Part shown: positions 1-9,176 of the stretch, piece after piece | Layout: each line of letters starts with the position of its first letter | Position numbering within the stretch: the first letter of the stretch is position 1 | Assembly: GCA_965207455.1 (NCBI GenBank) | Contig: CBDBMJ010000001.1 | Span: 1,248,001 to 1,312,000, forward strand | Direction: 5' to 3' | DNA: 64,000 bases | DNA from: Bdellovibrionota bacterium | GTDB lineage: Bacteria > Bdellovibrionota > UBA1018 > CAIPTA01 > JAALKR01 | Position numbers and translations under genes: made by a program | The notes under the pieces: generated by a model | Told to the model about the DNA's origin: nothing | The model's input: only the letters and a program-made list of their open reading frames with translations | Database searches by the model: none

Positions 1-1074
1 GATGAAAAAGAACAAATGCCTGAGGGTCACTTTCAAAAGCTGGCAAACATGGGGCTGCTGGGAATCACTGCTCCAGAAGAATTCGGTGGTGCAGGAATGG
101 ACTGTGTGTCTGCCACCATTGCCATGGAGGAAATATCGAACGCCTGTGCATCTACGGCCCTATCCTATCTCGCCCATAGTATTCTTTGTGTTCACAATCT
201 GGTCATCAATGGAAGCCAAGAGCAGAAAGAGAAATACCTGCCCGACTTAATCAGCGGAAAAAAAATAGGGGGAGTGGCTATTTCAGAACCCAATAGTGGT
301 ACCGACGCACTTTCCATTGCCACCAGCGCCGTAAAAAAAGGAAATCTCTATCTCCTAAACGGCACAAAGATGTTTATCACCAATGCTCCACAGGGCCACG
401 TTTTCTATACCTACGCCCGGACAGGACCAGAAAGAAAAGACCTCAGCACCTTTATTGTGGAGAAAGATTTCCCTGGGTTTCGTAGAGGAAAAAAGTTATC
501 AAAAATGGGAATGCGTGGTTCTCCCACAGGAGAGCTTATCTTTGAAAACTGTGAGGTGCCTGAGGAAAATCTTGTGAATAAAGAGAATACATCAGTACGC
601 CACATGATGAAAAATTTGGATATAGAAAGAATTACTATTGCGGGAATTTCTTTGGGCATTGGTAGAGCTGCGCTGGACGTAGCGATTGCATACTCTCGTG
701 AGCGACAGCAATTTAACCAACCCATTGGGAACTTTCAGATGATTCAAAAAATGCTGGCCGACGGGGATGCAGAAATGGCAGCTGCCCGTGCCCTCGTCTA
801 CGATGTGGGCAAGCAGTACGATATCGCTGTAAGCGAAGGCAAGCTTTTAGGAAAAGCTCAGTCCCACTTAGCTGCCCGGGCAAAGTTAATTGCGGCGCAA
901 ACAGCAACGAAAGTTTCTCTCGACGCTATACAGGTACTTGGAGGGTACGGCTATATGAGAGAATTCCCTGTAGAGCGCTATATGAGAGACGCAAAATTAG
1001 TAGAAATTGGTGCAGGAACAAACGAGGCCATGCGTATGATCATTGCCCGTGAATATCTCAATACAAACAAATAG
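1..1074 (+). CDS. ivd: Acyl-CoA dehydrogenase, isovaleryl-CoA dehydrogenase-like (5' end outside the window)
   Basis: Frame is open from base 1. ACAD motifs AISEPNSGTD, NGTKMFITN, KMGMRGSPTGEL, QVLGGYGY, RYMRDAK. LDIER plus EIGAGT (not EGT) fits the IVD type. Confidence 0.85.
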   Translation, partial: DEKEQMPEGHFQKLANMGLLGITAPEEFGGAGMDCVSATIAMEEISNACASTALSYLAHSILCVHNLVINGSQEQKEKYLPDLISGKKIGGVAISEPNSGTDALSIATSAVKKGNLYLLNGTKMFITNAPQGHVFYTYARTGPERKDLSTFIVEKDFPGFRRGKKLSKMGMRGSPTGELIFENCEVPEENLVNKENTSVRHMMKNLDIERITIAGISLGIGRAALDVAIAYSRERQQFNQPIGNFQMIQKMLADGDAEMAAARALVYDVGKQYDIAVSEGKLLGKAQSHLAARAKLIAAQTATKVSLDAIQVLGGYGYMREFPVERYMRDAKLVEIGAGTNEAMRMIIAREYLNTNK

Positions 1075-1085
1075 ATAAATAAAAT

Positions 1086-2405
1086 ATGGATATACATATA
1101 GATGGGAAAACGACAAAGCAAAGAGACTCACAGAGTCAGGATTCCTTGAATCTAGATTCCCTTGCGACGAAGCAATACAAAGCATGGGTCGATCCTCAAA
1201 ATGATCGGGAAAAAAATTACGGGTTTCGCAGTGTCTTAGATGAGCAATCGCCAGAGTGTACCGACCTAGGGGAATTGAAAAAAATCGTACAAGCACGACA
1301 ACAAGGAAGCACACAAAAACCCTTTAAATCTTTTGTTGTACTCGGCATAGGTGGCTCAAGTCTGGGAGCGGAGACTCTTATTCGTGGTCTATGTTCTGTG
1401 AATCACCCCGTACAATTCTTTTTTATGGATAATGGCGACCCCGCTTGGTTAGCCGACCACCTACAGCACTGGAACATGGAAACTACTCTTTTCTATGTGG
1501 TTTCGAAAAGTGGAACCACCCTAGAAACCTGGTCTCAGTTTCTTACTGTGATGGATCACCTAAAAGCACAGCTTCCAGCACAGCTTCCCAAAGACAGCAA
1601 CAACTGGCAAAAGCATTTTGTATTCTGTTCAGGTCCTCAAAAAGGAGCTCTCCGTAGCTTTGCCAACAAAGAAGCAATTCCTTGTTTTACAATTCCAGCC
1701 TCCATTGGAGGGAGATTTTCCGTCTTTACACCCGCAGGTCTATTCCCTGCCCTATTTGCTGGGCTCAATTGCGAAGAAATTCTCTTGGGCGCAAAAGAAT
1801 TGCTTGCATGGGAATCCTTAGACACAAATCCTGCGCTTGAGGTTGCAAAAATATTTTTTCAAGAACAAGCACGCAATACTTTTGTTTGCTTTTCTTACAG
1901 CTCTTACTTTCAGTCCTTTGGGCGTTGGCTTTCCCAGCTATGGGCAGAGAGTTTGGGAAAAGATGGCAAAGGCTTTACTCCCTACTCAGCCATTGGCACC
2001 ACTGATCAGCACTCACAGATGCAGCTTTATATGGACGGGCCCAAGGATAAAATATTTGCTTTCATACACATAAAGAATCACAACGTATGCTTGCCTGTTG
2101 TAAGCAAAAAGAATGAAAAAAAATTAGAGGCTGTGGAGGTGCTCCAAGGTCATTCTGTGGAAACTTTGTTTGGAGCCAGTTTTTTGGCCAATCAAAAGGC
2201 TATTTCCTCCCAAGGAATTCCCAACTTTACAATCACCCTGGACAGGTTAGATGAAAAAAACATGGGCGCTTTGCTGTATTTTTGGCAATGGGTGACTGTA
2301 TACACAGCAGCTCTCCTTGAAGTGAACCCATTTGATCAGCCTGGAGTAGAAAAAAGTAAAGTACTGTTGAGGGAGTATTTATCCAACAAGAAAACACGAA
2401 CCTAA
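1086..2405 (+). CDS. pgi: Glucose-6-phosphate isomerase
   Basis: GIGGSSLG, SKSGTTLET, GGRFS, QLWAESLGK, DQHSQMQ and NPFDQPGVE motifs. Confidence 0.95.
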   Translation: MDIHIDGKTTKQRDSQSQDSLNLDSLATKQYKAWVDPQNDREKNYGFRSVLDEQSPECTDLGELKKIVQARQQGSTQKPFKSFVVLGIGGSSLGAETLIRGLCSVNHPVQFFFMDNGDPAWLADHLQHWNMETTLFYVVSKSGTTLETWSQFLTVMDHLKAQLPAQLPKDSNNWQKHFVFCSGPQKGALRSFANKEAIPCFTIPASIGGRFSVFTPAGLFPALFAGLNCEEILLGAKELLAWESLDTNPALEVAKIFFQEQARNTFVCFSYSSYFQSFGRWLSQLWAESLGKDGKGFTPYSAIGTTDQHSQMQLYMDGPKDKIFAFIHIKNHNVCLPVVSKKNEKKLEAVEVLQGHSVETLFGASFLANQKAISSQGIPNFTITLDRLDEKNMGALLYFWQWVTVYTAALLEVNPFDQPGVEKSKVLLREYLSNKKTRT

Positions 2406-3598
2406 TCGCTGGTTACCTGCGCTCCCAATTCTCCCTTTGCTAACCGTAAGCGAATATCCTCTCCCCTTTGCACTTGAGACGAGTCCATCACCACGCTGCC
2501 ATCTTTTTTCAATACTAGGGAATAGCCTCGACTGAGCACTCTTAAGGGAGATAGATCTCCTAATCTTGCCTCTATCTCTTTTACTTGCTTACTCTTACGC
2601 TGTATCTCGTGGAGAAAACTCACTTGAAGGCGTTCCATCCAGTCATCGAAAAGTTGGCGTAGTTCATGGACTCGATCCTTGGGGTTTTTCAGTCGTGAGA
2701 TATGGGTGTCCAATTCCATTTGCCAGTGCTTAAGAATAAGGGTTGCGTGATGGACTAGTCGCTGGTTGAGATCGTCGAGTTCCTCCAAAAGTCGGACGCG
2801 TTCCTTTACAAGAATTTCTGCTGCTGTGGATGGTGTGGGTGCACGCTTGTCTGCCACAAAATCCGCAATGGTGAAATCCACCTCGTGACCCACGGCAGAT
2901 ACCACAGGAATGTCCGAGGCCACAATTGCACGAGCTAATTTTTCTGAATTGAAGCACCACAGATCTTCCAAGCTTCCTCCGCCACGGGTTAACAGAATAA
3001 CATCTCCTAGTTTATGCTTATTTGCAATTCCTATAGCTTCTACCAGTTGTTTTTCAGCACTCTCGCCCTGTACCAGGGAAGGAATAATCATAACCTCCAC
3101 ACCTGAGTGCCTGCGCTTTAAAACAGCCAGCACGTCTCGTATTGCTGCTCCCGTTGGGCTGGTGATCACTACCAGCTTTTCCAAATACTCTGGCAGTGGT
3201 CGCTTTCTCTCCTCTGCAAACAAACCCTCTGCTTGCAGCTTTTTTTTTAAATTTTCAAACTGTATCTGTAGGTTGCCTTCGCCCACAGGCTCTATGCTTT
3301 TAGCAATAATTTGATAGGAACCTCTGGGAGCGTATACGGAAACTCGTCCATGACAGATCACTTCTAAGCCATTTTTCATTTTCAACGATGGATGGGTTCC
3401 TCGTCCCAAGCTCCCTTTAAATAAAACAACAGCAATGGATGCTTCCCCATCTTTTAAGGAAAAATAAATATGACCACTGGCTGCTGGATGAAAATTGGAA
3501 ATCTCCCCTTGCACAGAAACAGTGCTTAGGGAACCTTCCAAAATATCTTTTATTTGGTCGGTAAGGTCTGAGACCGTATATATGGTTTCCACATCCAT
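2402..3598 (-). CDS. xseA: Exodeoxyribonuclease VII large subunit
   Basis: GEISNF..SGHIYFSLKD, TSPTGAAIRD, RGGGSLEDLW, SAVGHEVDFTIADFVADKRAPTP, LSRGYS. Confidence 0.97.
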   Translation of the reverse strand: MDVETIYTVSDLTDQIKDILEGSLSTVSVQGEISNFHPAASGHIYFSLKDGEASIAVVLFKGSLGRGTHPSLKMKNGLEVICHGRVSVYAPRGSYQIIAKSIEPVGEGNLQIQFENLKKKLQAEGLFAEERKRPLPEYLEKLVVITSPTGAAIRDVLAVLKRRHSGVEVMIIPSLVQGESAEKQLVEAIGIANKHKLGDVILLTRGGGSLEDLWCFNSEKLARAIVASDIPVVSAVGHEVDFTIADFVADKRAPTPSTAAEILVKERVRLLEELDDLNQRLVHHATLILKHWQMELDTHISRLKNPKDRVHELRQLFDDWMERLQVSFLHEIQRKSKQVKEIEARLGDLSPLRVLSRGYSLVLKKDGSVVMDSSQVQRGEDIRLRLAKGELGAQVTSD

Positions 3599-3653
3599 AA
3601 TTTTGTCTATCTTAACCAGTTCCTAAAGGCAATGTCAACCGTTTCCCTTCTTT

Positions 3654-4571
3654 TCATTTATACAGATCATGGAGAGCATCTTCTAGGCTTGTAAATATAA
3701 ATTTGTATTCATGTAAACGTAATTTTTCAGGCAACACTTTTTGACTCATTACGATCATTTCAGCCATTTCACCCAAAACAATTCTTAATGCAAATTTCGG
3801 TGCAGGAAGGCTAGCTCTCACGTTTAAAACACGTGCTAAAATTTTTGTAAACTCTCGGTTTCTCACAGGATTGGGAGCAACCACGTTTATGGGACCCTCT
3901 AGATCAGTATGGGACAAAACTGCATGAATAACACCAATAGCATCGTCAATATGAACCCAACTCATCCATTGAAGACCGTTAGAAAGTGGACCACCTATTC
4001 CTCGTTTAAATATGGGCACCATTTTCTCAAGGGCACCACCTTGATTGGAAAGCACAAGACCCAGCCGAAGTTGAATGGATCGACAATAAACTTTTTTTGC
4101 CTCTCTCTCCCAATCCTTACAAAGCTTTGCTAAAAAATCATCACCAGGATCAGACTCCTCTGTAAACGCCTCTCCTTCCCCATAAATTCCTATGGCTGAG
4201 GCACAGATAAACACTCGAATGGACCGGGCACTACGATTAATCGCTGTCACTAAATTTCTAGTAACCTCTATTCGAGAACTATAAAATTCTTTTTTTGCTT
4301 TTTTTGTCCATCGTCTACCTGCCAAGGATTCACCCATCAAGTGAATAACGGCATCCACGTTGAGAGCTTCTCGAAGCTGCGCCTCTTGAGACTCAGTCTC
4401 TTTTTTGGTGGACCATTGGTGGTATTCACAGGGAAGGGAAAAATTTTCACGGAACTCTGCCTGTGTTTTTCTTCCCAGAACCACAAGGCTCCAGCCATTA
4501 TCTAGCAGATTTTGGCATAGGCGTTGCCCGATACAACCACTAGCTCCTGTTACTAGTATTCTTTTTTCCAT
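3654..4571 (-). CDS. TIGR01777/YfcH-family NAD-dependent epimerase-like protein
   Basis: ILVTGASGCIG, ASAIGIYG, FLAKLCKDWE, GLQWMSWVHIDD, GPINVVAPNPV. Confidence 0.9.
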   Translation of the reverse strand: MEKRILVTGASGCIGQRLCQNLLDNGWSLVVLGRKTQAEFRENFSLPCEYHQWSTKKETESQEAQLREALNVDAVIHLMGESLAGRRWTKKAKKEFYSSRIEVTRNLVTAINRSARSIRVFICASAIGIYGEGEAFTEESDPGDDFLAKLCKDWEREAKKVYCRSIQLRLGLVLSNQGGALEKMVPIFKRGIGGPLSNGLQWMSWVHIDDAIGVIHAVLSHTDLEGPINVVAPNPVRNREFTKILARVLNVRASLPAPKFALRIVLGEMAEMIVMSQKVLPEKLRLHEYKFIFTSLEDALHDLYK

Positions 4572-4818
4572 GCTGTTGGATATCTCTTAAAAATTTTCAT
4601 TACTATTTTTTAAAATCTTAAAACGAGTTTCTATAACTGTACTCCATCTTTCTTACTAAAAGGAAGTTATTATAAGGTCCAGTCGTCCAGTACTAGAAAA
4701 TTTAGATTTAAAGCTCCACAAATGGAGCACACGGTAGCGGAAGCTAGCCATTCAAGTGTCCTCTGCTATTATTGAATAATACTCGACAATGGGTCACGAT
4801 TGACTCATAATAATCTAC

Positions 4819-5256
4819 ATGGACCACACAATAAATCTTTTTAGCAACTCTATACAAATAAAGAAATATAAACTAACTCTTCTCTTCATACATATCGCCG
4901 TAGGTATTTGTTTTGGAGCCATCTCCTATTACAATCCAGATACATCACTCTATAAAGTTCTGAATATTTCAATCCTTGTCCTTACCTTTCCACTGGGAAT
5001 TGTCTGGTACTTCTCTCTGGGCATACTATCTTACATGATACTGGGCCAACCTCCTTATGATATTAATTTTCTTTATTATTATGAGCCATTCAAATTTATG
5101 GGATTACTCACCGTTAGTTATCTACAATGGAGCTACTATTTCCCCAAGCTATATAAAAGTTCTATTATGAAAGGATTCACTCTTTCCATAACGAAAGTTG
5201 CTTTTGCTATTATCCTTGGTCTGATTCTTATATTTGTTATATTTACGGTCTTCTAA
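4819..5256 (+). CDS. Hypothetical membrane protein (about 4 TM)
   Basis: 145-aa ORF with several hydrophobic segments and no recognised motif. Confidence 0.55.
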   Translation: MDHTINLFSNSIQIKKYKLTLLFIHIAVGICFGAISYYNPDTSLYKVLNISILVLTFPLGIVWYFSLGILSYMILGQPPYDINFLYYYEPFKFMGLLTVSYLQWSYYFPKLYKSSIMKGFTLSITKVAFAIILGLILIFVIFTVF

Positions 5257-5604
5257 ATAGTACAAAAATGGTCTTACTTACAGGATCTCCCGAAAAGACT
5301 GTTCACGCTTTCAAAACAAATGACCATTTTTGGGATAAATTAAGGGAGATGAAGCCCAAGTTATTAAGAAACATATTGGGTTGTCGAGTTAAATTCCTTT
5401 CTTTAACTACTGGCACCATGTAGGTTTGCTTTTCACTGTATTTTTTATGCCTCAACTCGAACCATTAGAAAGGTCGACAAAACTGATCTCTCGCATTGCT
5501 ATGCGTTACTATATTGTGATAAATATGAGAATGAAAAAACAATAATCCAATCATGGAGCCAACCTCGCTTGGAGTATCATTTGAGGTGTGCTAAGGTAAA
5601 CAAA

Positions 5605-6111
5605 ATGATGAGAATCCTTATAGTAAGTCTAGTTTTCGTTTTTAGTTCATTAGCCCAGGCAGCTAGCGGCACCTATGTTGTTCCTACCTCTTGTCCTGCA
5701 CTGGATCCATACGCTAGTTTTCCTATTTCCCAAGTGGACGTTTCTCAAGATGAAAACAGTGTAAGCATTACTTATGCTCTTCCGGTAGAACTTACTGGTA
5801 TTGAGCTTCCTGCCATTACATTTAGTGGCACCATTGAGTCCTCAAAAAATCTTGTCCTTAGTAACCCCAACTACGACGCTAGTATTCTCTGCGACACCCC
5901 TATGATTGAGCTTACCAGCAAGTGTGATGTGACATACGGTGATACTTACAAAGATTTTCTAGCCTCTAAAGATAAAGATATCGAGGAAGCAATGGAGCGC
6001 TTAATTGATGACCCACAGCTTTTAAAAATTAGAAAAGCTATCTGGGAGAGTTTTAGTGGCGACCCAATTGGCGTTCTACATTTTGACAACTTAAAAAAAG
6101 AGTCTCAGTAG
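5605..6111 (+). CDS. Hypothetical secreted protein
   Basis: Signal peptide MMRILIVSLVFVFSSLAQA from ATG 5605. The 3' end is duplicated at 7265-7312. Confidence 0.7.
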   Translation: MMRILIVSLVFVFSSLAQAASGTYVVPTSCPALDPYASFPISQVDVSQDENSVSITYALPVELTGIELPAITFSGTIESSKNLVLSNPNYDASILCDTPMIELTSKCDVTYGDTYKDFLASKDKDIEEAMERLIDDPQLLKIRKAIWESFSGDPIGVLHFDNLKKESQ

Positions 6112-6130
6112 CATTAAACTCGAATATAGT
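6064..6130 (+). repeat. 67-bp perfect direct repeat, copy 1 (copy 2 at 7265-7331)
   Basis: ccaattggcgttctacattttgacaac...ctcgaatatagt is identical at both positions. Confidence 0.95.
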
Positions 6131-6310
6131 CTGATTACAGACGCACATTGCCTTTAGGATCTGCTTTAGCGACAGTTTCGGAGTTATTGCATAAATACCC
6201 TGCACTACTCATATTTTTGAGTTGAGAGATTTCAGCTTCCCTCAGGTGACAATATAATGAGGTTTCAGGCAATTATGCAACAACCTGGACAGTTCTCCTA
6301 AATGCATCAA
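6114..6310 (-). pseudogene. Collapsed remnant of the TPR/HTH regulator at 7315-9075
   Basis: Contains the regulator's stop region, an internal piece (6131-6173 matches 8665-8707 at 37/43) and its start region (6293 onward matches 9058 onward). Confidence 0.8.
6180..6287. mobile_element. 108-bp MITE-like element with IS5/IS903-type ends
   Basis: Terminal inverted repeats gttattgcataa / ttatgcaacaac. Flanked by near-identical 9-mers gacagtttc (6171-6179) and gacagttct (6288-6296). No ORF. Confidence 0.6.
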
Positions 6311-6391
6311 ATTGCTTCATTTAAATTAATATAAATAGTCGATTTCCATAATCTACCCAGCGATAAATGTCTTAAGGCAAGAATTTTGCCT
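6293..6391. promoter_or_regulatory. Duplicated divergent-promoter region (paralog of 9058-9156) with palindrome at 6375-6391
   Basis: Gap-free alignment with 85/99 identity. Palindrome aggcaagaattttgcct. Confidence 0.8.
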
Positions 6392-6412
6392 GTACCTGTA
6401 AAAGGAAAAGAG

Positions 6413-7243
6413 ATGATATCAATAGAACATTCCAAAGCAGAAAATTTAAAAGTAGAACATTCAAAATTTAATTTTGAGCATTCTCCTGAACCTATCATTT
6501 CTAAAATCCAATTTGATAAAAAACATATTTTTGTTGTCCGTGATGATCTATTAGAATCTGGAACAAAACAAAGAGCTGCCATTCCCTACATTTCTTCTCT
6601 AGCTCAAGAGGGATATTCACAGTTTGTATACGCCAGCCCTTTCTCAGGCTTTGCTCAAATTGCTCTAGCTTACGCCTGCTCTATTGTAGGCACAAGATGC
6701 GTTCTATTTTGTGAAAAAAGTACCGACGGTGACTTCCATCTATTTTCTAAAATTTCTGAGTCCTATGGTGCAGAAATATGCTTATGTGAAAATTTATCGG
6801 AAGCTCATGAAAGGTCTATTCAGTTTCTTGATTCTCAATCAGAGGGAAAGCTTATTCCTCTAGGTTTTAATGATCCACTTTTTAAATACTACCTTAAAAA
6901 AAACATTCAAAAACATTGGAAAAACTTAACAGTCTCTTACAAAATAAAAGAACTGTGGCTTCCAATTGGTAGCGGGACATTACTTCAGACATTTAAAGAA
7001 TTTATTGATGAGGATGTGAAGATTTATGGAGTCAATGTAAATATTTTAGAGGAGTCAGATCAAAGAATTTTTGATATCAAATCAAACCCTCGATTCCAAT
7101 ATATCAAGTCCTCTGAATCCTTTCACGATGTTGCAAAAGTAATTCCTCCAATCCCTTCAAATTCCTATTATGATGCAAAACTCTTTTCCCTGCTAAAAGC
7201 TCATGCTAAAAATGGGGCTTTTTGGTGGAATGTAGCAAAGTAA
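6413..7243 (+). CDS. Fold-type II PLP-dependent enzyme (ACC deaminase/D-cysteine desulfhydrase-like, divergent)
   Basis: VVRDDLLESGTKQR (Schiff-base Lys), PIGSGTL phosphate loop, YYDAK, WWNVA. RBS aaagga precedes ATG 6413. Confidence 0.7.
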   Translation: MISIEHSKAENLKVEHSKFNFEHSPEPIISKIQFDKKHIFVVRDDLLESGTKQRAAIPYISSLAQEGYSQFVYASPFSGFAQIALAYACSIVGTRCVLFCEKSTDGDFHLFSKISESYGAEICLCENLSEAHERSIQFLDSQSEGKLIPLGFNDPLFKYYLKKNIQKHWKNLTVSYKIKELWLPIGSGTLLQTFKEFIDEDVKIYGVNVNILEESDQRIFDIKSNPRFQYIKSSESFHDVAKVIPPIPSNSYYDAKLFSLLKAHAKNGAFWWNVAK

Positions 7244-7264
7244 AAAACTGAAAGATTGACAAGA

Positions 7265-7331
7265 CCAATTGGCGTTCTACATTTTGACAACTTAAAAAAA
7301 GAGTCTCAGTAGCATTAAACTCGAATATAGT
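7265..7331 (+). repeat. 67-bp perfect direct repeat, copy 2
   Basis: Identical to 6064-6130. Confidence 0.95.
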
Positions 7332-9075
7332 GGACCGACCGTGCCTTTCCCTTCCGAATCAATAGTCCTTCCTCCACTAATTCGCTTAAGTCTCGAGTAA
7401 CCGTAATGCGAGAGACTTCAAACTGTTTTTGATACTCTCTTGGTTTTAAAATCACTCCCCTATTTAGTTGTTCCACCAATTGTAATTGACGATAGTTCAA
7501 ATTGCTTGTCTTGATGGTCTCCAAAGAGCTTGTCAATGAAGAGGCATTTAGTTTTTTAAGAATCACTTTCTCTAGACCATAAACTTTTATATCTGCTTGA
7601 ATTTGTATTCCCTCAAAAACTTGTATTAGGTTGGCAATCCCTGGAGTTCTCTTCTTAATTCTACTCAAAGTATTATAAACTAAGGCATCGTGTTTATAGC
7701 CCACATAACGATAATTCCAAATGTTTTCCACCAATTCCTTCTTGGTTAGATTTCTGCGCTCGAATATAAATTTTAAAATATTATATTGAAATCTTGTTAG
7801 GTGCGGACTGGACCAATAAACATGGTTTTCGTACAAAACTAAAATACAGTTTTTTTTCAAGCCAAATAAAACACAGTTATCTTTAGAAAAAGTAAAGAAA
7901 TTGAGTAAGCCAAGTAGTTGAGATTGATCCAGCTTCAAAATAAATTCTTTTTTCGGAATGCTTTGTCTATCTTCCGACCGTAGAAGCATGTAAATTGGAT
8001 CGGAAACATCTCTTAGATCAACTGATTCATCTTGATAGGAATTGATGACTCGATTTAAAAAATAAGAGCTTTTTGACTCCATTAGCTCTTTTCGCTGCTC
8101 AATCTCATCATCTTTTTGACCCAGTTTTTGTAGGATCGATTTCTCCATACCCAATAGCTTAAGTTCAAGAACATTATCCACACCTTTATGAATAAATTGC
8201 CTTGCTCCCACTAGGCTAAAAAGTGCTTGCTCATAGTTTTTTTGCAAGGACAGCAAGTGTGCTTGCATGATATTTAGTAAAATTGATTGTCGATTATTCT
8301 TCGTTCTATAGATGTTATAAGAGGCTGCCTTAAGGGTTTCTCGCACTTTAGGTAGGTCGCCCATAAAATAATAAGCTTTTGCCAGTTGAAGCTGCGTTTG
8401 AGCCTGTAGATAAAATTCTTTTGTTTTACTTCCCTGTAGAATAGCAAGAGCATTTGGCACATTTTCTTTTAATTCAAAACCAGCCTCTAATTTATAACCA
8501 ATGATGGTGGTGTATATCGCCAAGGCTGTGCCATCGCAGTCTAAACTTTCAGCAAAGTTTTTTGCTTTTTCTAAGAAATCTATGGATTTATGAAAAGCTC
8601 CTGTTTGGTTATAAATATGGCCAATAATATCTATGCAATAAATCCTCTCATAGCTCTGCCCTTCCTGATCACAGACATACATTGCCCTTAGGGCCTGCTT
8701 TAGCGACTTCTCAAAAGAGCCTGTAAAGTAACGATAAAAAGCATGGGCTTGATGGAAGTAAAACAAGTTTCTTTTTATTTTTTTGCTAAGAAAAAAGGAA
8801 TCTTTTATTAGTGATCTTGCTTGGGCATATTGGGATCGCCTCAATAAACTAATAATCCAAAAAAATTGAACCACGATACGCAATTCATCGGACCAGTCTC
8901 TTGCTTGAAGCTGGAGTTCGGCTTCTTCCTCTCGACCCAACATAAAATAGGAGGCAACGGCATAGGCATGGTTATCCGCTATCTTGGGATTTTTCTGCCA
9001 AACCGCTATGGATTGTTCATATTTCCCCTGAAAATACAGTAACTTAGATTCCACTATTTCTCCTAAATGCATCAA
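7315..9075 (-). CDS. TPR-repeat transcriptional regulator with winged-helix and C-terminal DeoR-type HTH
   Basis: Helical TPR-like N-terminus. LTKKELVENIW...VYNTLSRIKK resembles an OmpR-type wHTH. FEVSRITVTRDLSELVEEGLLIRKG resembles a DeoR-type HTH. Confidence 0.75.
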   Translation of the reverse strand: MMHLGEIVESKLLYFQGKYEQSIAVWQKNPKIADNHAYAVASYFMLGREEEAELQLQARDWSDELRIVVQFFWIISLLRRSQYAQARSLIKDSFFLSKKIKRNLFYFHQAHAFYRYFTGSFEKSLKQALRAMYVCDQEGQSYERIYCIDIIGHIYNQTGAFHKSIDFLEKAKNFAESLDCDGTALAIYTTIIGYKLEAGFELKENVPNALAILQGSKTKEFYLQAQTQLQLAKAYYFMGDLPKVRETLKAASYNIYRTKNNRQSILLNIMQAHLLSLQKNYEQALFSLVGARQFIHKGVDNVLELKLLGMEKSILQKLGQKDDEIEQRKELMESKSSYFLNRVINSYQDESVDLRDVSDPIYMLLRSEDRQSIPKKEFILKLDQSQLLGLLNFFTFSKDNCVLFGLKKNCILVLYENHVYWSSPHLTRFQYNILKFIFERRNLTKKELVENIWNYRYVGYKHDALVYNTLSRIKKRTPGIANLIQVFEGIQIQADIKVYGLEKVILKKLNASSLTSSLETIKTSNLNYRQLQLVEQLNRGVILKPREYQKQFEVSRITVTRDLSELVEEGLLIRKGKARSVHYIRV

Positions 9076-9139
9076 ATTGCATCATTTAAGCTAGCATAAA
9101 TAGTCGATTTTTACAACATACCCAGCGATAAATGTTTTA

Positions 9140-9156
9140 GGGCAAAAATTTTGCCC
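9140..9156. promoter_or_regulatory. Palindromic operator candidate between the regulator and the adenylation operon
   Basis: gggcaaaa-a-ttttgccc has perfect 8-bp arms and is conserved in the paralogous promoter. Confidence 0.6.
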
Positions 9157-9176
9157 GTAAGGGAAAGGAGTAGAAA

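Noticed and set aside
5263..5349. 11-bp inverted repeat caaaaatggtc/gaccatttttg in an intergenic region
   Set aside because: Single copy, no target duplication or recognisable RNA family; could be chance in AT-rich DNA.
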